A stretch of 64,000 bases of DNA from Mobula hypostoma (taxonomy: Eukaryota), in the NCBI RefSeq assembly GCF_963921235.1, contig NC_086097.1:80106001-80170000 (forward strand), given 5' to 3'. Positions 13,070-26,222 of the stretch are shown here, piece after piece. Below the pieces are notes generated by a model that had not been told where the DNA came from, made no database searches, and saw only the letters and a program-made list of their open reading frames with translations. The stretch's first letter is position 1. Every line of letters begins with the position of its first letter. Position numbers and translations under genes: made by a program.

Positions 13070-15350
13070 TCCTACCACGCACGAAACTGTGCTGACTATC
13101 CTTAATCAGTCCATATGTATTCAAATACTTATATATCCTGTCCCTTAGGATACCTGCCAATAACTTTCTCACAAATGATGTCAGACTCACCAGCCTATAA
13201 TTTCCTGATTTCTGTTTAAAGCCTCTTTTAAACAGCGGAACAACATTGGCTACCCTCCAATACTCTGGTACCTCTCCTGTCACAAGGATGTTTTAAATAC
13301 CTCTGCACCAGCAATTTCTGCACTTGCCTCCCAGAAGGTCAGAGGTAGCACCTTGTCAGGCCCTGGGGTTTTATCCACCCTGATTTGCCTCAGAATAGCA
13401 AACCTCTTCCTCTGTAATCTGTACAAGGTCCATGAAGTTGCTACTGCTTTGCCTCACTTCTATAGACTCCGTATCCATTTCCTGAGTAAATACAGATGCA
13501 AAGAATGCATTTAAGATCTCCCCCATCTGTTTTGGCTCCACGCATGGATTTACCATTCTGGTCTTCCAGAGGACCAATGTTGTTCCTTGCAATCCTCTTG
13601 CTCTTAACACACCTGTGGTATCCCTTAGGATTCTCCTTCACCTTGCCTGCTAGAGCAACTTGATGCCTTCTATTAGCCTTCCTCATTTCTTTCATAAGTG
13701 TTCTTTTGCTTTTCTTGTACTCAGTAAGCACCTCATTTGTTCCTGCTTGCTGTGCGACTCCTTTTTTTCTCTTAAGCAAGACCTCAATACCTCTTGAAAA
13801 CTAAAGATTCTGACCCTTGTTATTCTGACAAGCTTTGTACTCTCAAAATTTCATTTCTGAAGGCCTCCCACTTTCCAGTACACCTTTGCCAGAAAATAGC
13901 CTGTCCCAATCCACACTTGCCAGATCATTTCTGATACCATCAAAATTGGGCTTTCTCCAACTTAGAATCTCAGCCCACAGACCAGATCTAGCTCTTTGTA
14001 TACCGTACTTACTTTGAAACTAATATCATTGTGGTCACTGAATGCAAAGTGTTACCCTATACAAACTTCTGTCACCTGTCCTGTCTCACTCCCTAATAGC
14101 AGATCAAGTATCGCACACTCTCTCATTGGGACTTCTATGTCTGATTAAGAAAACTTTCCTGAACATATTTGACAAACTCTATCTCATCTTACAGTATGGG
14201 ATTTCCAGTCAATATGTGGTAAGTTAAAATCACCTACTATAACAACCTGGCATGGGTGGCAATCCTGAAATCACAACCCAGGCGGTCTTGCCCTTTAACT
14301 TAGCACTTAACTCCCTGAACTCACTTTGCAGAACCTCATCACTCTTCCTACCTATGTCATTGTTACCTACATGGATCACAACTTCTGACTGTTCACCCTC
14401 CCACTAAAGAATACTGAGGACTCTATCCAAGATGTCCCAGTCCCTGGCACCCAGGAGGCAACATACCATCTGCGAATCTCGTTCTTTCCCACAGAACCTC
14501 CTGTCTGTACCCCTCACTAACAAATCTCCTACTACCACAGTGTACCTCTCCCCCGCCCCCCTTCCCTTCTGAGTCACAGAGTCAGAGTCAGTACCAGAGA
14601 CCTAACCACTGTGACTTTCCTCGGTTAAGGTCAACCCTGCCCCCCCCCAAAAAAAAACAGTATCCAAAGTGATATACCTGTTGTTGAGGGAGGTGGCTGA
14701 GGGATACACTGCACTGGCTTCTTAACCCCTTCCCCTTTCCTGACTTTCATGCAGTTTCCTGTGTCCTGCACCTTGGGTGTAACTACCTCTTTATACGTCC
14801 CATCTATCACCCCTTCATCCTCCCAAATGATCTGGATCTCATCTAGTTCCAGCTCCAACTCCTTAATGTGGATTGTTAGAAGCTGCAGCTGGATGCACTT
14901 CTCACAGTTTTAGTCATCAGGGACACTGGAGTCTCTCTGACTCCCCACATCCCGCAAAAGGAGCATTCAACAATCCTGCCTGGCCTCTTTACTGTCCTAA
15001 CTGAACAGATTAAAAAAGGGAAGAAAAATAAAAACTTTATCAGGAGTTTTTCTTTTTTTTTTGATTTCTCTGACTGAAGCCTCTCCTCGCTGAAGCCATG
15101 AAGAGCTAAAGCCTTAAGATCACCATTCTAACTCTGTCCACTCCATCAATGGCCAGTGACAATGGCCGCTGTGCTTGACCTTGCCTTTCTTTAATTTGCT
15201 CTTACTAATCAACTAATAAAAAGGTCTCTGGTCAAATCTCTATTACGCTACTGCCACACGCTGCTCCCTTTTCAACTCGGGCAGTGGACCTGAGTGAAAT
15301 CCCCTCCTCTCAAACTTCTAATGTTTAGATTGGTCACTGGTCAAAGCTTT
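13070..15350 (-). mobile_element. 5' half of a CR1 LINE: 5' UTR, ORF1 remnants (CxxC, coiled coil, SGNH-esterase-like) and partial ORF2
   Basis: CEKCIQLQLL..IKELELELDEIQ at ~14820-14910; esterase-type QMVCCLLGARDWDI at ~14430-14480; WRVANVVPLFK..NYRLVSLTS at 13180-13270. Confidence 0.85.
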
Positions 15351-15397
15351 AAGGGGGATCTAATTAAATAGAGCAGCAAAAATGCCCTTCATTTTGG

Positions 15398-15460
15398 ATC
15401 CCTTCCGCAATTACTTCCACACTATCATCCCTTCCGCAATTACTTCCACACTATCATCCC
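15398..15460. repeat. Perfect 29-bp tandem duplication
   Basis: ATCCCTTCCGCAATTACTTCCACACTATC twice, followed by ATCCC. Confidence 0.95.
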
Positions 15461-16254
15461 TAGCTTGTTATCTATAAAACAAAGCAGAAATGGTAATAAA
15501 ACATTCCAGAAATTTGTTCACGACCTCTTCTTGGTTACTTCTGTCTTCTCTTTTAATATCTTTTCACTAAACTCAGCAGTGGCTATCAGTAATTACTCTG
15601 TGGGCTGGGCACAAGCAAGGTAACTGTATCAGGTTTACAGCAAGTGTTCACAATCCATGCCACGACAATGGATTGTCAGAATAATCGGACATGTCTCTCA
15701 GTCCCTTTGATTAATGTACAGGAGGGTTTGGAGTGGTCTCTATTTGAATGGCTGCAAGGACCTCACCCCATTGGCACCCCTCCCAGATTGTCTTTTTGAT
15801 TGCTGGCCCAACTGCTGAAAGGGCCCAGCTAGTTAGTGTCCATTCCTATTCCAGGCTGGGGTAGCTGCCTTCAGACGCTGTACACAACTTTTTCTCTTTC
15901 TCGGCCTGCCTTGCCATCAAAGTTGTGGAATTTGATGTCTGCCATAGCTTGAATCCGTTCCTATCTATTTTCCCAATATCCTTCTATTCTAATTTTTACA
16001 ACTAATCATCTACCTTCTAGAACCAGCCTTAATTATGAAGTACAGTTACCACTGTACTTTAACATGTTGATCATGGCTTGCTGAAACACTGCCTTCTGCA
16101 TTCATGTTCCTTTTCCTTTTGATCCACAGGTCTGCTTCCATCAGGAATAGTCAGACGTGAAGCAGTAGGTTGATGCTCATCAGTTAAATTCTGCGTAATG
16201 ACACTGTTACTGGGTACACTTGATCCCTTGTTCTGGATGTGAAGGTGACAAGAG

Positions 16255-16510
16255 GTGAGTCATATGTTTTAACCTGAGTTCAGTGCTTCCACTGGCTACC
16301 TTGCTGGGTCTGCACTCTAAACAGGTATCATTTGTTAATAGCACCACCTGTGGTCCTATCCATCTGTGAATGAACCCTGCCTTTTTAGGTAGCTTCCTTA
16401 CTTTGACTTGACAGACTATCTTCTGTTCCTCTGGCTTTTTCTGATCAGCAATATGTTGCTGCTGTTTTGCTCTGTTAACCTGGTCATAACGTGGATCTTT
16501 TACAAAGCCT
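16255..16510 (-). mobile_element. Probable endogenous retrovirus integrase C-terminal remnant
   Basis: Minus strand reads QVKVRKLPKKAGFIHRWIGPQVVLLTNDTC, then after a frameshift RVQTQQGSQWKH*TQVK. This resembles the gamma/epsilon-retroviral PRWKGPYxVLLTTPTA...WIHASHVK motif. Confidence 0.55.
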
Positions 16511-16522
16511 TCACATTATTCC

Positions 16523-17146
16523 TGTAACATATAGAAAATGCTGGAGGAACTCAGCAGGCCAGTACAGTCGACATTTCAGGCCAAGACCCTTCAGCAGGAC
16601 TGGAGAAAAAATGATGAAGAATAGATTTAAAAGGTGGTTGAGGAGAGAGAGGAACACAAGGTGATAGGTGAAACCAGGAGGGGGAGAATTGGAGTAAAGA
16701 GCTAGGAAGTTGATTGGTGAAAGAGATACAGGGCTGGAGAAGGGGGAGTCTGATAGGAGAGGACAGAAGGCCATGGAAGAAAGAAAAAGGGGGGTGGGGG
16801 AGGAGCACCAGAGGGAGGCGACGGGCAGGCAAGGAGATTTGGTGAGAAAGAGAAAAGGGAGATTGGGAATGGTGGGGGGGGGGGCATTACTGGAAGTTTG
16901 AGAAATCAATGGTCATGCCATCACATTGGAAGCTACCCAGATAGAGTACAAGGTGTTGCTCCTCCAATCTGAGTGTGGCCTCATCATGACAGAAGAGGAG
17001 GCCATGGATTGACATATGAGAATGGGAATGGGAAGTGGAATTAAAATGGATGGCCACTGGGAGATCCCACTTCTTCTGGAATTTCTCCAGCACTTTGTGT
17101 GTGTATGTTGCTTGAATTTCCAGCATCTCCAAATTTTCTCTTATTT
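16523..17146 (-). mobile_element. Penelope-like element 3' fragment with inverted 5' terminal repeat
   Basis: GIY-YIG C-terminal DLPVAIHFNSTSHSHSHMSIHGL..RLEEQHLV (16887-17070); decayed hammerhead at 16565-16602; plus-strand terminal-repeat piece at ~17075-17146. Confidence 0.85.
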
Positions 17147-17149
17147 GTG

Positions 17150-18485
17150 ATTACTTTATTCCTGTAAAAAGTTGACCAGAATTGTACATAATACTGCAAA
17201 CGCAGCCTAACCAAAGTTTTATATCGCTGCAACATGATTTTGTGACTCTTACATTTAATGTCCTGACTAACGAAGGCAAGCATGCCACATACCTTTTTAC
17301 CAGTCTATCTACATATACAGCCATTTTCAGTGAGCTATGGACTAGGTCTCTCTTCATCCTGACTTCCTTCCATACAGATCCCCCTGTACTGCAAAGCATT
17401 TAAGGGTCTAACCATTAAATATATACTTTCCCCTTCCAAGGTGCATCACTTCACACCTATTTGTATTAAATTCTCTCTGCTATTTCTCCTCCCATATATG
17501 TAACTGATCTATATCCTGCTGTATCTTTTCACAGGTCTGTATACCATTCTCAACTCCACTAACTTTTGTGTCATCTGCAAACTTATAAACCAAAAAAAAT
17601 CTACATTTTTATTCAAGTTATTTATATACAGTGAATTTTGGTTAATTGGGACACATCGGGATCAGTGCATTTTGGCCTAATTAAGCAGCAGCCCCAATTA
17701 GCTGAAGTTTCATGGAAATAGTTAAAAAAGGGTAGAAAAAGAAACTACCATTTAACTGAATTAACACATTATGTATTTAAATGAAATTCTACTACAGTAC
17801 TGTAAAACTGTGCTCTAGTTCCTAATAGTTATCGAGTTCTTATGATTGACTGTAAATGAACAAAATCGGTGCAGGCACCTAGTGTAGATAATGGACGGCC
17901 ATTGTACAATACTATCAACGATTGCATCCTCCAAATCTTCATTTTCATTGTAACATTCAAGATGATTGTCTATAACTTCAAATTCTTTGCAGTTCCTAAT
18001 TTGCTGAAGTAATGAAATCACTTAATTTTCAGTCCCGGCCACTTCTGACATTCCAAGCCTGAACACTTGAAACCACAGTAAGCAACTGTCTTACTGTTTA
18101 TTTCTCACCAACTATCAGTGACAAAAATCACTGATTTTTGAACACAAGCACATGCAACTGACCCTATTTAAAAACTGTTCGCTCTAAACACAGTGAAGTG
18201 TCTCACAGATACACTAGTGTACATGTGACTAGCGCACTAGTCACATACTAATACAAACTGCTGCTAGTTAGAAACTGTTCAGCAATAGTATCCTGTCCAA
18301 TTAGCAGTATAGTGTTTCAAGTAAACAAAGGGAATCCTAGTTATTTTTGTGATTAGTTTCTGTTCTTTAACAGTTATCCCAAATAAGTGGCTGCCCCGAT
18401 TAATCGATAACCAAATTAACAGGAATCCACTGCGCATCACGAACACCAGAAGCCCTAGCACTGATCCACCAGTCACAGAACCATT
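17150..18485 (-). mobile_element. Degenerate CR1 RT fragment split by a MITE
   Basis: YKTLVRLRLQYYVQFWS (ORF 17041-17283); GGSVLGLLVFV resumes at 18433-18485. Confidence 0.75.
17629..18432. mobile_element. Tc1/mariner (pogo/Tigger-like) non-autonomous DNA transposon
   Basis: TIRs CAGTGAATTTTGGTTAATTGGG ... CCAAATTAACAGGAATCCACTG, preceded by TA. Same family as 46105-48018 in the opposite orientation. Confidence 0.8.
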
Positions 18486-18599
18486 GAAATACACTAATGA
18501 TCTTATGATCTCCTGAAGAGCCTGAAGGACTTAGAGAACTTCACTCTGGAATGCTAGTACGGTACCTGAAAGCAGTTGGATGTCAGTCATAGAAAGGGA

Positions 18600-20432
18600 A
18601 GTCACCGGGGCGGACATCAGGTTACACAATCTCCACTACCTAGCATCCTCCTGACCAATGTGCAGTCACTGTAGAACAAGATAAAGGACCCAAGGGCAAG
18701 ATTGCTGTATCAGAGGGAAAATAGGGATTGTTGCATTCTGTTTCACTAGGACATGGATCTCCCCCCAAATGCCAGTCACCATGCTCCATCTAGAAGGGTT
18801 ATCAATCTACCTGATGGACCAGACAGCAGAATGAGAAAAGGTCAGAGGTGGCAGTGTCTACTTCATGATAAGCCCGTTGTAGTACTCGGATGTAGTCATC
18901 TTGTTTGACTTTATTCTCTCAATCTGGAACATCTAGTGCTGTGATTCTGACTTCAGTTTTCATACCGTCAAAGACAGATGTCAAGCAAGCAGTCAATGTA
19001 TTGAATGCCTTGATTATTAAACAAGAAATGGCATAACCTGACTTTTACATCCTTGACAGGACTTCAATCATGCTAGCTTGGAGAAATCCATGCCCAGCTA
19101 TCATCAGCACATCAGAGGACCCAACACACTTGACCACTGCTACACTACCATTAACAATGCCTACAGTTCCATCCCTCAACCACATTTCGGGAAATGTGAC
19201 CACCTAGTTGTTCTCCTACCTGCATACAGGCAGAGACTAAAGAGCAAGGCACCAGAGTAAGGACAACAAAGAGGTGGTCATGGGACGCAAAGGCGCGGCT
19301 ATAGGACTATTTTGAGTCCGTGGACTGGACCTTGTTCAAACAATTAGAAGACCTGAATGAATATACCACAGTTGTCACAGAATTTATAAACACAATCGTG
19401 GATGAGTGAATCCTCACAACATCATTCAGTCTTCCTCAACCAGAAGACTTGAATGAAACAAGTGATTGGAAATTTGCTGAGGGCTCGATTGGTGGAGTTC
19501 AGGATTGGTGATCCAGGAAAATACAAAAGGTCCAGGTATGATCTCCATGTATGATTATTGACTAAAGGAGGAAGAAGTCAGAGGTCCATGAACCGATCCT
19601 CATCAGGAGATCAAAGGTGGAGAAGGTTAGTAATTTTAAATTCCTTAGCGTTAGCACATCAAAGAACCTGTCCTGGAACCAGCACTTCAGTGCCACCACA
19701 ATAAAGGCACAATAGCGCCTCTACTTTCTTAGAAGTTTGCGTAGATTCAGTATGTCACTTTAAACATTAACAAACCTCTATAGATGCGCAGAGAGTGCAG
19801 AGTATCCTAACTGGTTGTATCAAGGCCTGGTATGGAAACACTGATGTCCACAACTGGGAAAAGTCCACAGAGGGGCTTGGATACAACCCAGTCCATCACA
19901 AAGCCCTCCCCACCACAGAGTACATTTACATGGAATGCTGCCTCAAGAAAATAGCATCCATCATCAAGAACCTTCACCACCCCACCATCGAGGTCATGCA
20001 GTGGGCAGGAGGTGCTGCCTCAAGAAAGCAGCATCCATCAACATGGGTCCCACCATACAGACTACGCTCTCTTTTTGCTATTACCATTGGACAGTGAGTA
20101 CTGGAGCCTTAGATCCCATAGCTCCAGGTTTAGGAACAGTTATTACCCTACAACCATAAGGCTCCTGAACTGGGATGGAATAACTTCACTCACCAAAACT
20201 CCTAACAGATTCCACAATCTAAAATTTCAAGGACCTGACAACTCATGCTCTCAGAATTGTTTATTTGTTATTTGCACAATTTGTTTTCTTTTGCACGTTG
20301 GTTGTCAGTCTTTATGTATTTTTTTCATCAAGTTTATTGTATTTCTTTATTTTTCTATAAATGCCTCCAATAAAATAATCTCAAGATAGTATATGGTAAC
20401 AAACATACTTCAATAACAAATTTACACTGACT
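18600..20432 (+). mobile_element. Rex1/Babar LINE with internal deletion (EN plus 3' end)
   Basis: LPSILLTNVQSL, RGPNTLDHCYT..PHFGKCDH..LLPAYRQRLK and SILTGCIKAWYGN motifs. Confidence 0.85.
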
Positions 20433-20439
20433 TTGATCC

Positions 20440-21370
20440 TTCCATCACTGCCTTCTTGGTTATGGGAAGCCAATTCGGAATGGAAAATACTGAGTCACAG
20501 GGCCATCCTGACCATCTGGATTAGTCTACCATAAGGGATCTTATAATGTGCCTTACTAAAATCCATGCAAACAATATCTACTGTCTACCCTCATCAACCA
20601 CCCTGATCACCTCCTAAAAAACTCAATCACATTTGTAAGACATGACCTGTCTCACACAAAGCCATACTGTCTCTAACCAGCCCATGTTTTACTGAATGTG
20701 TATAAATCCTATCCCAAAGTATCCTGTCCAGTGGCTGATGGGAGGTTCAACAACCGATAATTCCCTGAAATATTCCCAATTTTCTCCCTCTGTCCAAGCT
20801 TAAATCAGTGGGTTACTGGGTGGTTGTAGCTCAAAGTGTTGATAGGGCCTGGTCCATGCTGTATTGCTAAATAATTTAATCAAAAAATAAATAACCTTTG
20901 TCAACATTCAAGGTTCCATTACATAATCATCCTTGCCCTTTCTCCTTACTGGAATGTACAGGTCCTGAGCTCTATTTAGTCTTTAAACAACTCCAACATG
21001 CCAGATGTCAACCTGCCCAATAACAGCTGCTTCAACTAACTACCCCTAGTACCTCTATAATAATGTTGTAATTCGACCTTCCCCAATTTTGAACTTGCAC
21101 ACATACTTACTCATATTCATTACTATCCTAGAGTTGCGATCACTATTTCGAAAATGCTCTCCCACTGAAAGGCAAGTCACCTGTTCAGGCTCATTTCCCA
21201 AAACACTATGGTCCCTACTCTAGTTGGAATATCCACATAATGTTTAAAGAAGTCCCCTTGAATGCACTGAAGAAATTCAGCACCATCTGAGCCTCTTGCA
21301 TTGAAGAAAACCCAGTCAATGTTGAGGAAATTAAAGTCACCAACTACGACACAATCCTGCTGGTTTTACA
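20440..21370 (-). mobile_element. Degenerate CR1 ORF2 fragments
   Basis: VVVGDFNF (~21330-21350) and decayed CLTNVIEF / DFSKA motifs (~20550-20650). Confidence 0.65.
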
Positions 21371-21442
21371 TCTACATTGTCTCACATGATTGTGACTTGT
21401 GCCAAGTGTCAATCCAGGCAGGTTTTCCAGTGAATTTTCAAT

Positions 21443-21880
21443 AAAATTGAGAGAGCACAGAGGAGATTTACTAAACTGTTGCCCGGGTTTCATCTCCTAA
21501 GTTACAGAGAAAGGTTGAACAAGTTAGGTCTTTATTCTTTGGAGCACAGAAGGTTGAGGGGGGACTTGATAGAGGTATTTAAAATTATGAGGGGGATTGA
21601 TAGAGTTGACGTGGATAGGCTTTTTCCATTGAGAATGGGGGAGATTCAAACAAGAGGACATGAGTTGAGAGTTAAAGGGCAAAAGTTTAGGGGTAACATG
21701 AGGGGGAACTTCTTTACTCAGAGAATGGTAGCTGTGTGGAACGAGCTTCCAGCAGAAGTGGTTGAGGCAGGTTCGATGTTGTCGTTTAAAGTTAAATTGG
21801 ATAGATATATGGACAGGAAAGGAATGGAGGGTTATGGGCTGAGTGCAGGTCGGTGGGACTGGTGAGAGTAAGAGTTTCGA
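21443..21880 (+). mobile_element. CR1 3' fragment (young subfamily)
   Basis: ORF 21479-21865 is nearly identical to ORF 3481-3909. Confidence 0.95.
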
Positions 21881-22640
21881 CTCTGGCCCTTATACACAGC
21901 TTCTGTATTGGTGCTCCACTCAAGTCTGTCATCCAGATACATCCCCAGGTACTTGTAGGTCCTTACCACATCCACGTCCACACCATCAATAGTAAGAGGG
22001 AGCAGTGTAGGCTTTGTCTTCCTAAAGTCCATCACCATCTCCTTTGTCTTAATGATGTTACGCTGCAGATGATTCAGCTTGCACCATTTGACAAAATCCT
22101 CCACCAAGGCCCTGTATTCATCCTCCCGTCCTCCCTTTATACACCCAACTATTGCTGAGTCATCAGAGAATTTCTGCAGATGGCATGACTGAGTGTTGTA
22201 TCTAAAGTCTGAGGTATACATGGTAAACAGGAAGGGGGCAATACAGTCCCCTGTGAGCCCCCATAGCTGCTTATAGCCATGTCTGACACACAGCTCTGAA
22301 GCGCCACAAACTGTAGTCTGCCAGTCAGGTAGTCCATTATCCAGGATACAATGTAAATGCCAACCTGCACTGAACGGAACTTTTCCCCCAGCAATGAGGT
22401 CTGTGTGGTATTGAAGACACTTGAGAAATCAAAAAACATGAACCTTACAGTGCTGCCCTGTTTATGCAAATAGGAGTAGACCCTGTTCAGCAGGTAGGTT
22501 ACAACACATGAACTCCAACGTGCTCCTGATAGGCAAAATGCAGGGGCTAGAGGGCTGACCATCGGTCAGAGGTGAGCCTGGACGTCTTCATGATGTGTGA
22601 GATCAAGGCCACTGGATGGTGGTCATTCATGAGTTTCACT
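21881..22640 (-). mobile_element. Rex1/Babar RT fragment
   Basis: MFFDFSSVFNT, LQKFSDDSAIVGCI, KTKEMVMDFRK, YKYLG. Confidence 0.9.
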
Positions 22641-23077
22641 TTTAGAGTAGCAGACTATATATTGTGAAGTGAAACATGTACAAATAATAGAGATAAGTGA
22701 CGAAAGATGCCCTCATTCCTGATAAATGAGCAGAAGACATTGTTCTTAACATTGTAATATTGCAGCAGGAAAACCTTTTCTACAGCTGAGACCAAGTTAA
22801 GTTTTTGTAACAGAATACAGTTTAAGAATGCCAGTCTTCTGCGCATCCTTATATGAGTGAGTTTCTATACTATTTTTAAATTCAAGTTTGACATGTGTTT
22901 GTTCCTACGAACAGAAGAACTACTTTCTTCTCTCTTTTTACTTGCAGTAATCGTTCAGTATTATGTGTTTTTGATGCCAATGATTACACTATCAAGGTGG
23001 TATGGTTACCATAATCGAATGCTTTAGTGTAGGAACAAAATCAACTTAAGGGCATCTTTGAAAACAGAACATGTTTG

Positions 23078-23216
23078 TTACACAAGAGTTTCTGCAGATG
23101 CTGGTAATCCAGAGTAAAAGAAAGAAAATTCTGGAGAAAGTCAGCACATCAGGCAGCATTTATGGAAATGAATAAACAGTCGACATTTCAGGCTTAGACT
23201 CTTCTTCATGACTGAC
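23078..23216 (-). mobile_element. Penelope-like terminal repeat with decayed hammerhead
   Basis: ACACAAGAG..CTGCAGATGCTGG..CAGGCAGCAT..CAGTCGACATTTCAGGC, matching the other PLE ends. Confidence 0.75.
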
Positions 23217-23859
23217 CTGGGGATGTCCTGTAGATAGAGTTAAGTTTGCATTTAATAGTGCCAAAAAGTGAATTCAAGTAGTTATTTAGAAGCACAAACA
23301 TCATTCATTTCTTGGAAAACATTATTAAAAGCTCCTTTCTGTTATATTTATTGTTATAAAGGTGTTGTTATCTAAAATCTGCAAAGGAAATGTTGATTAC
23401 ATTTTAAATGCAGGCATGGAGAAATAAAACAGTATTTTAAACGTTTTAGTTTATTTCAAATCAAACTACTGCACTGTACTGCCTCACTGCAACCAAAAGC
23501 ATGATTTTTTTATGTCATGAATTTCAATATTTTATGCCAGACTTTACAAATGTGCTATGCAAATGTGAGGCTTCCCTATACAAGATGTCAAAAGAGCTTT
23601 TGCTGATGCAGCTGTTACTAGGAATGTATCTCCTAAATAGAAATTACAATGGATTCATTAACAACTCCCAATACCAAATTAGGAAAGCACATGTTGAGGA
23701 GTTTCCCAACCAATGGAATAGACAGCAGAGCTAGAATGCAAGCATTTTAGATCTTTGTAAGTCTTGGATAGATGAATCTGCCTAAATCACATGGGAACTT
23801 CAGTGGAAATAGAGCCTTCGGAGAGTTTAAGCCAGCTGGGAGGAGGGTTAGGCTCTTAT

Positions 23860-24730
23860 CCCAATGACAACAATTATGTCTTTCTCCTGACTATCCTTGA
23901 AAAGATGGTAGTGAGCCAATTTTTTTAAACTGCTGCTGCCCTTATGTTTAAAATGCTCCCACAAAACAGCTGGTGACAGAAGTTAGACTCAGGACAGTAC
24001 ATGACTGCAATACATTTCTAAATTAGGAATGTAGGTGCTCTGGAGGGAAACCTGAAGGAGGTGATGCTCCTATGCTCTGTAAGTCCACATCCCTTGGAAC
24101 TATGGGTTTGAAAGATGCCTTGAGAATGGCCAAAACAAATAACTGCAGTGTGATTTGTAAATGATATGCACTGCAGCCATTGTATGCTGTTGAAGGAAGA
24201 AATTAATGGTTAAGTTGTTGGATGGGATACCAGTCAAGTGAGTTGCTTAGTCTTGGATAATGCTGGAGTTATTGATTGCTGCACTCATCCCAAAAATGTA
24301 GAGCACTGACTTGTGCCTTGTAGATGATGGGAAGAGTTTGTGGTTTCAATGAATGAGTTGGTTGCAAAATACCCAGTTTTTGACTCTTTCTTCATAGCCA
24401 CGGCATTTATATGGATAGTCCTGTTGAGTTGAATACAACAGTGATTCTCAGATGTTTCTGTAAAGATGTTTATGTTAGTAACGCTACTGAACATTGAAGG
24501 TAGGCGGTTAGAACTTTTCTCATTGGAAATGGTCATTACCTAGCACTTATGTTCCACAACTGTAACTTATCACTTATTAGCCTATGCTGAATGTTCTGTA
24601 GATCTTCACGGATGCGGGCAAGAAGTATTTCACTTTCTGAAGATGGAATTGAACATTGTGCACTGATCAGTGAACATTCCCACTCCTAACTTATGATGAA
24701 AATAAAGTCTTTGATGAAGTATCTGAGGCA
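23860..24730 (-). mobile_element. Old CR1-clade LINE (family of 7145-8300)
   Basis: Colinear nucleotide similarity to 7200-8090 (CTTGAAAAGATGGT, TTGTAGATG, GGTCATTACCTAGCACTTA). Confidence 0.7.
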
Positions 24731-25654
24731 ACAGGTGTCAAGATTGTAAGCTCAAACTTAGTGAGTTTTTTTTAAACTCTTTTAAGCTGCATTTCCAGAC
24801 CCTTAAAATTATTTAGGTAAGAAACAATTTTCCTCTTTAATCTTCTACCATTCAACAAATTATGTCGCTCGTTTTTGCCTCCTCTGCTAAAGGAAAGATT
24901 TTCGTTCCTAATTACTCAATCTTCCAGTTTATCCCATCCTTCCACTTGGCTACAACTTTGCTGTTCTAGTGGCATTCTTATAATTCCCCTTTGCTGTCCA
25001 ATCACATCCTTCCTAACACACAATGACTAGAACTAAACACAGACTCAAATTCCCACCTAACTGACATTAACCACTGTTCAGCTTATCCTTCTATTTTTAT
25101 TTGATATGCTTTGCAAAGAAGAACTTTAGGAAGGAGTTAAGCAACATGAGGCTAGGGAAGATAGAGGCATGAACATCATGTGAAAGAGATATAACACAAG
25201 GCCTTTTCTCCTTATCAGACTTCAAAAGGCCCACTACACCTTTGTTATCTATGTCTATTGAACAATACTCAATGTTCGTTAAAATATATTCTCTGATCAT
25301 TATCACATTACTGTTTCTGAGAACTTGCTGCACAAAGTGTCTGCCATCTTTTCTACACAGCAATACTGGCCTTTCTTCAGAGGTACTTCAATTGATGTAA
25401 AGTTATTTTGGCCATCTTGGAAGGAAGAGATAGGCTTTGTTTGTTTTTCTTTTAGGACTAAAGTAATACATTGAGAGTAATAATTAGGGCTACACTATGA
25501 ATGGTTAGGGACCTCAAGAGTACTGATGAACAGAGGGGTCTTGGTGTCTTTGAAGATGGCAGTACAGGTAAATAACTGTTAAAATGGAAAATGGGGTAAA
25601 GGCCTTCATTATTCACTGTGCTGAATACAACAGTAAGATGGTTATGCTCCAACT

Positions 25655-26222
25655 TTATAAGACCGCAAGACAAAGGAGCAGGAAAAGGCCCATCGAGTCT
25701 GCTGTGCCATTTGATCATGGCTGATCCATTTTCCTCTCAACTCCATTCTTCTGCTTTCTCCCCATAACTTTCCATGCCCTGACTAATCAAGAACTATCAA
25801 TCTCCACCTTACGTACACCCATTGACCTGGCCTCCACAGCAATTAATGGCTTCGAATTCCACAGATTCACCACCCTCTGGCTAAAGAGATTCCTACTCAT
25901 CTCTGTTCTAAATGGATGTCCCTCTATTCTGAGGTTATGCTCATCTGACCTAGAATACCCCACTATAGGAAACATCCCCTCCATATCGACTCTTTCTAAG
26001 CCTTTCAATATTCGATAGGTTTCAATGAGATCCCCCCCCATCCTTCCAAATTCCAGCAAGTACAGGCCCAGAGCCATCAAATGCTCCTCATATGATAAGC
26101 CTTTCATTCCCAGAATCATTTTCCTGAACCTTCTTTGAATCCTCTCCAATGTCAACACATCTATTCATAGAAAAAGGCTCAAAACCGCTCACAATACTCC
26201 AAATGCGGTCTGACCAATGCCG
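25655..26222 (-). mobile_element. CR1 3' fragment
   Basis: ORF 25787-26158: ERIQRRFRKMI..GDLIETY..RNLFSQRVVNLWNS. Confidence 0.9.

Noticed and set aside
16338..16356. CTCF-like site CCACAGGTGGTGCTA (minus strand)
   Set aside because: Imperfect match, and it coincides with integrase codons GPQVVL.
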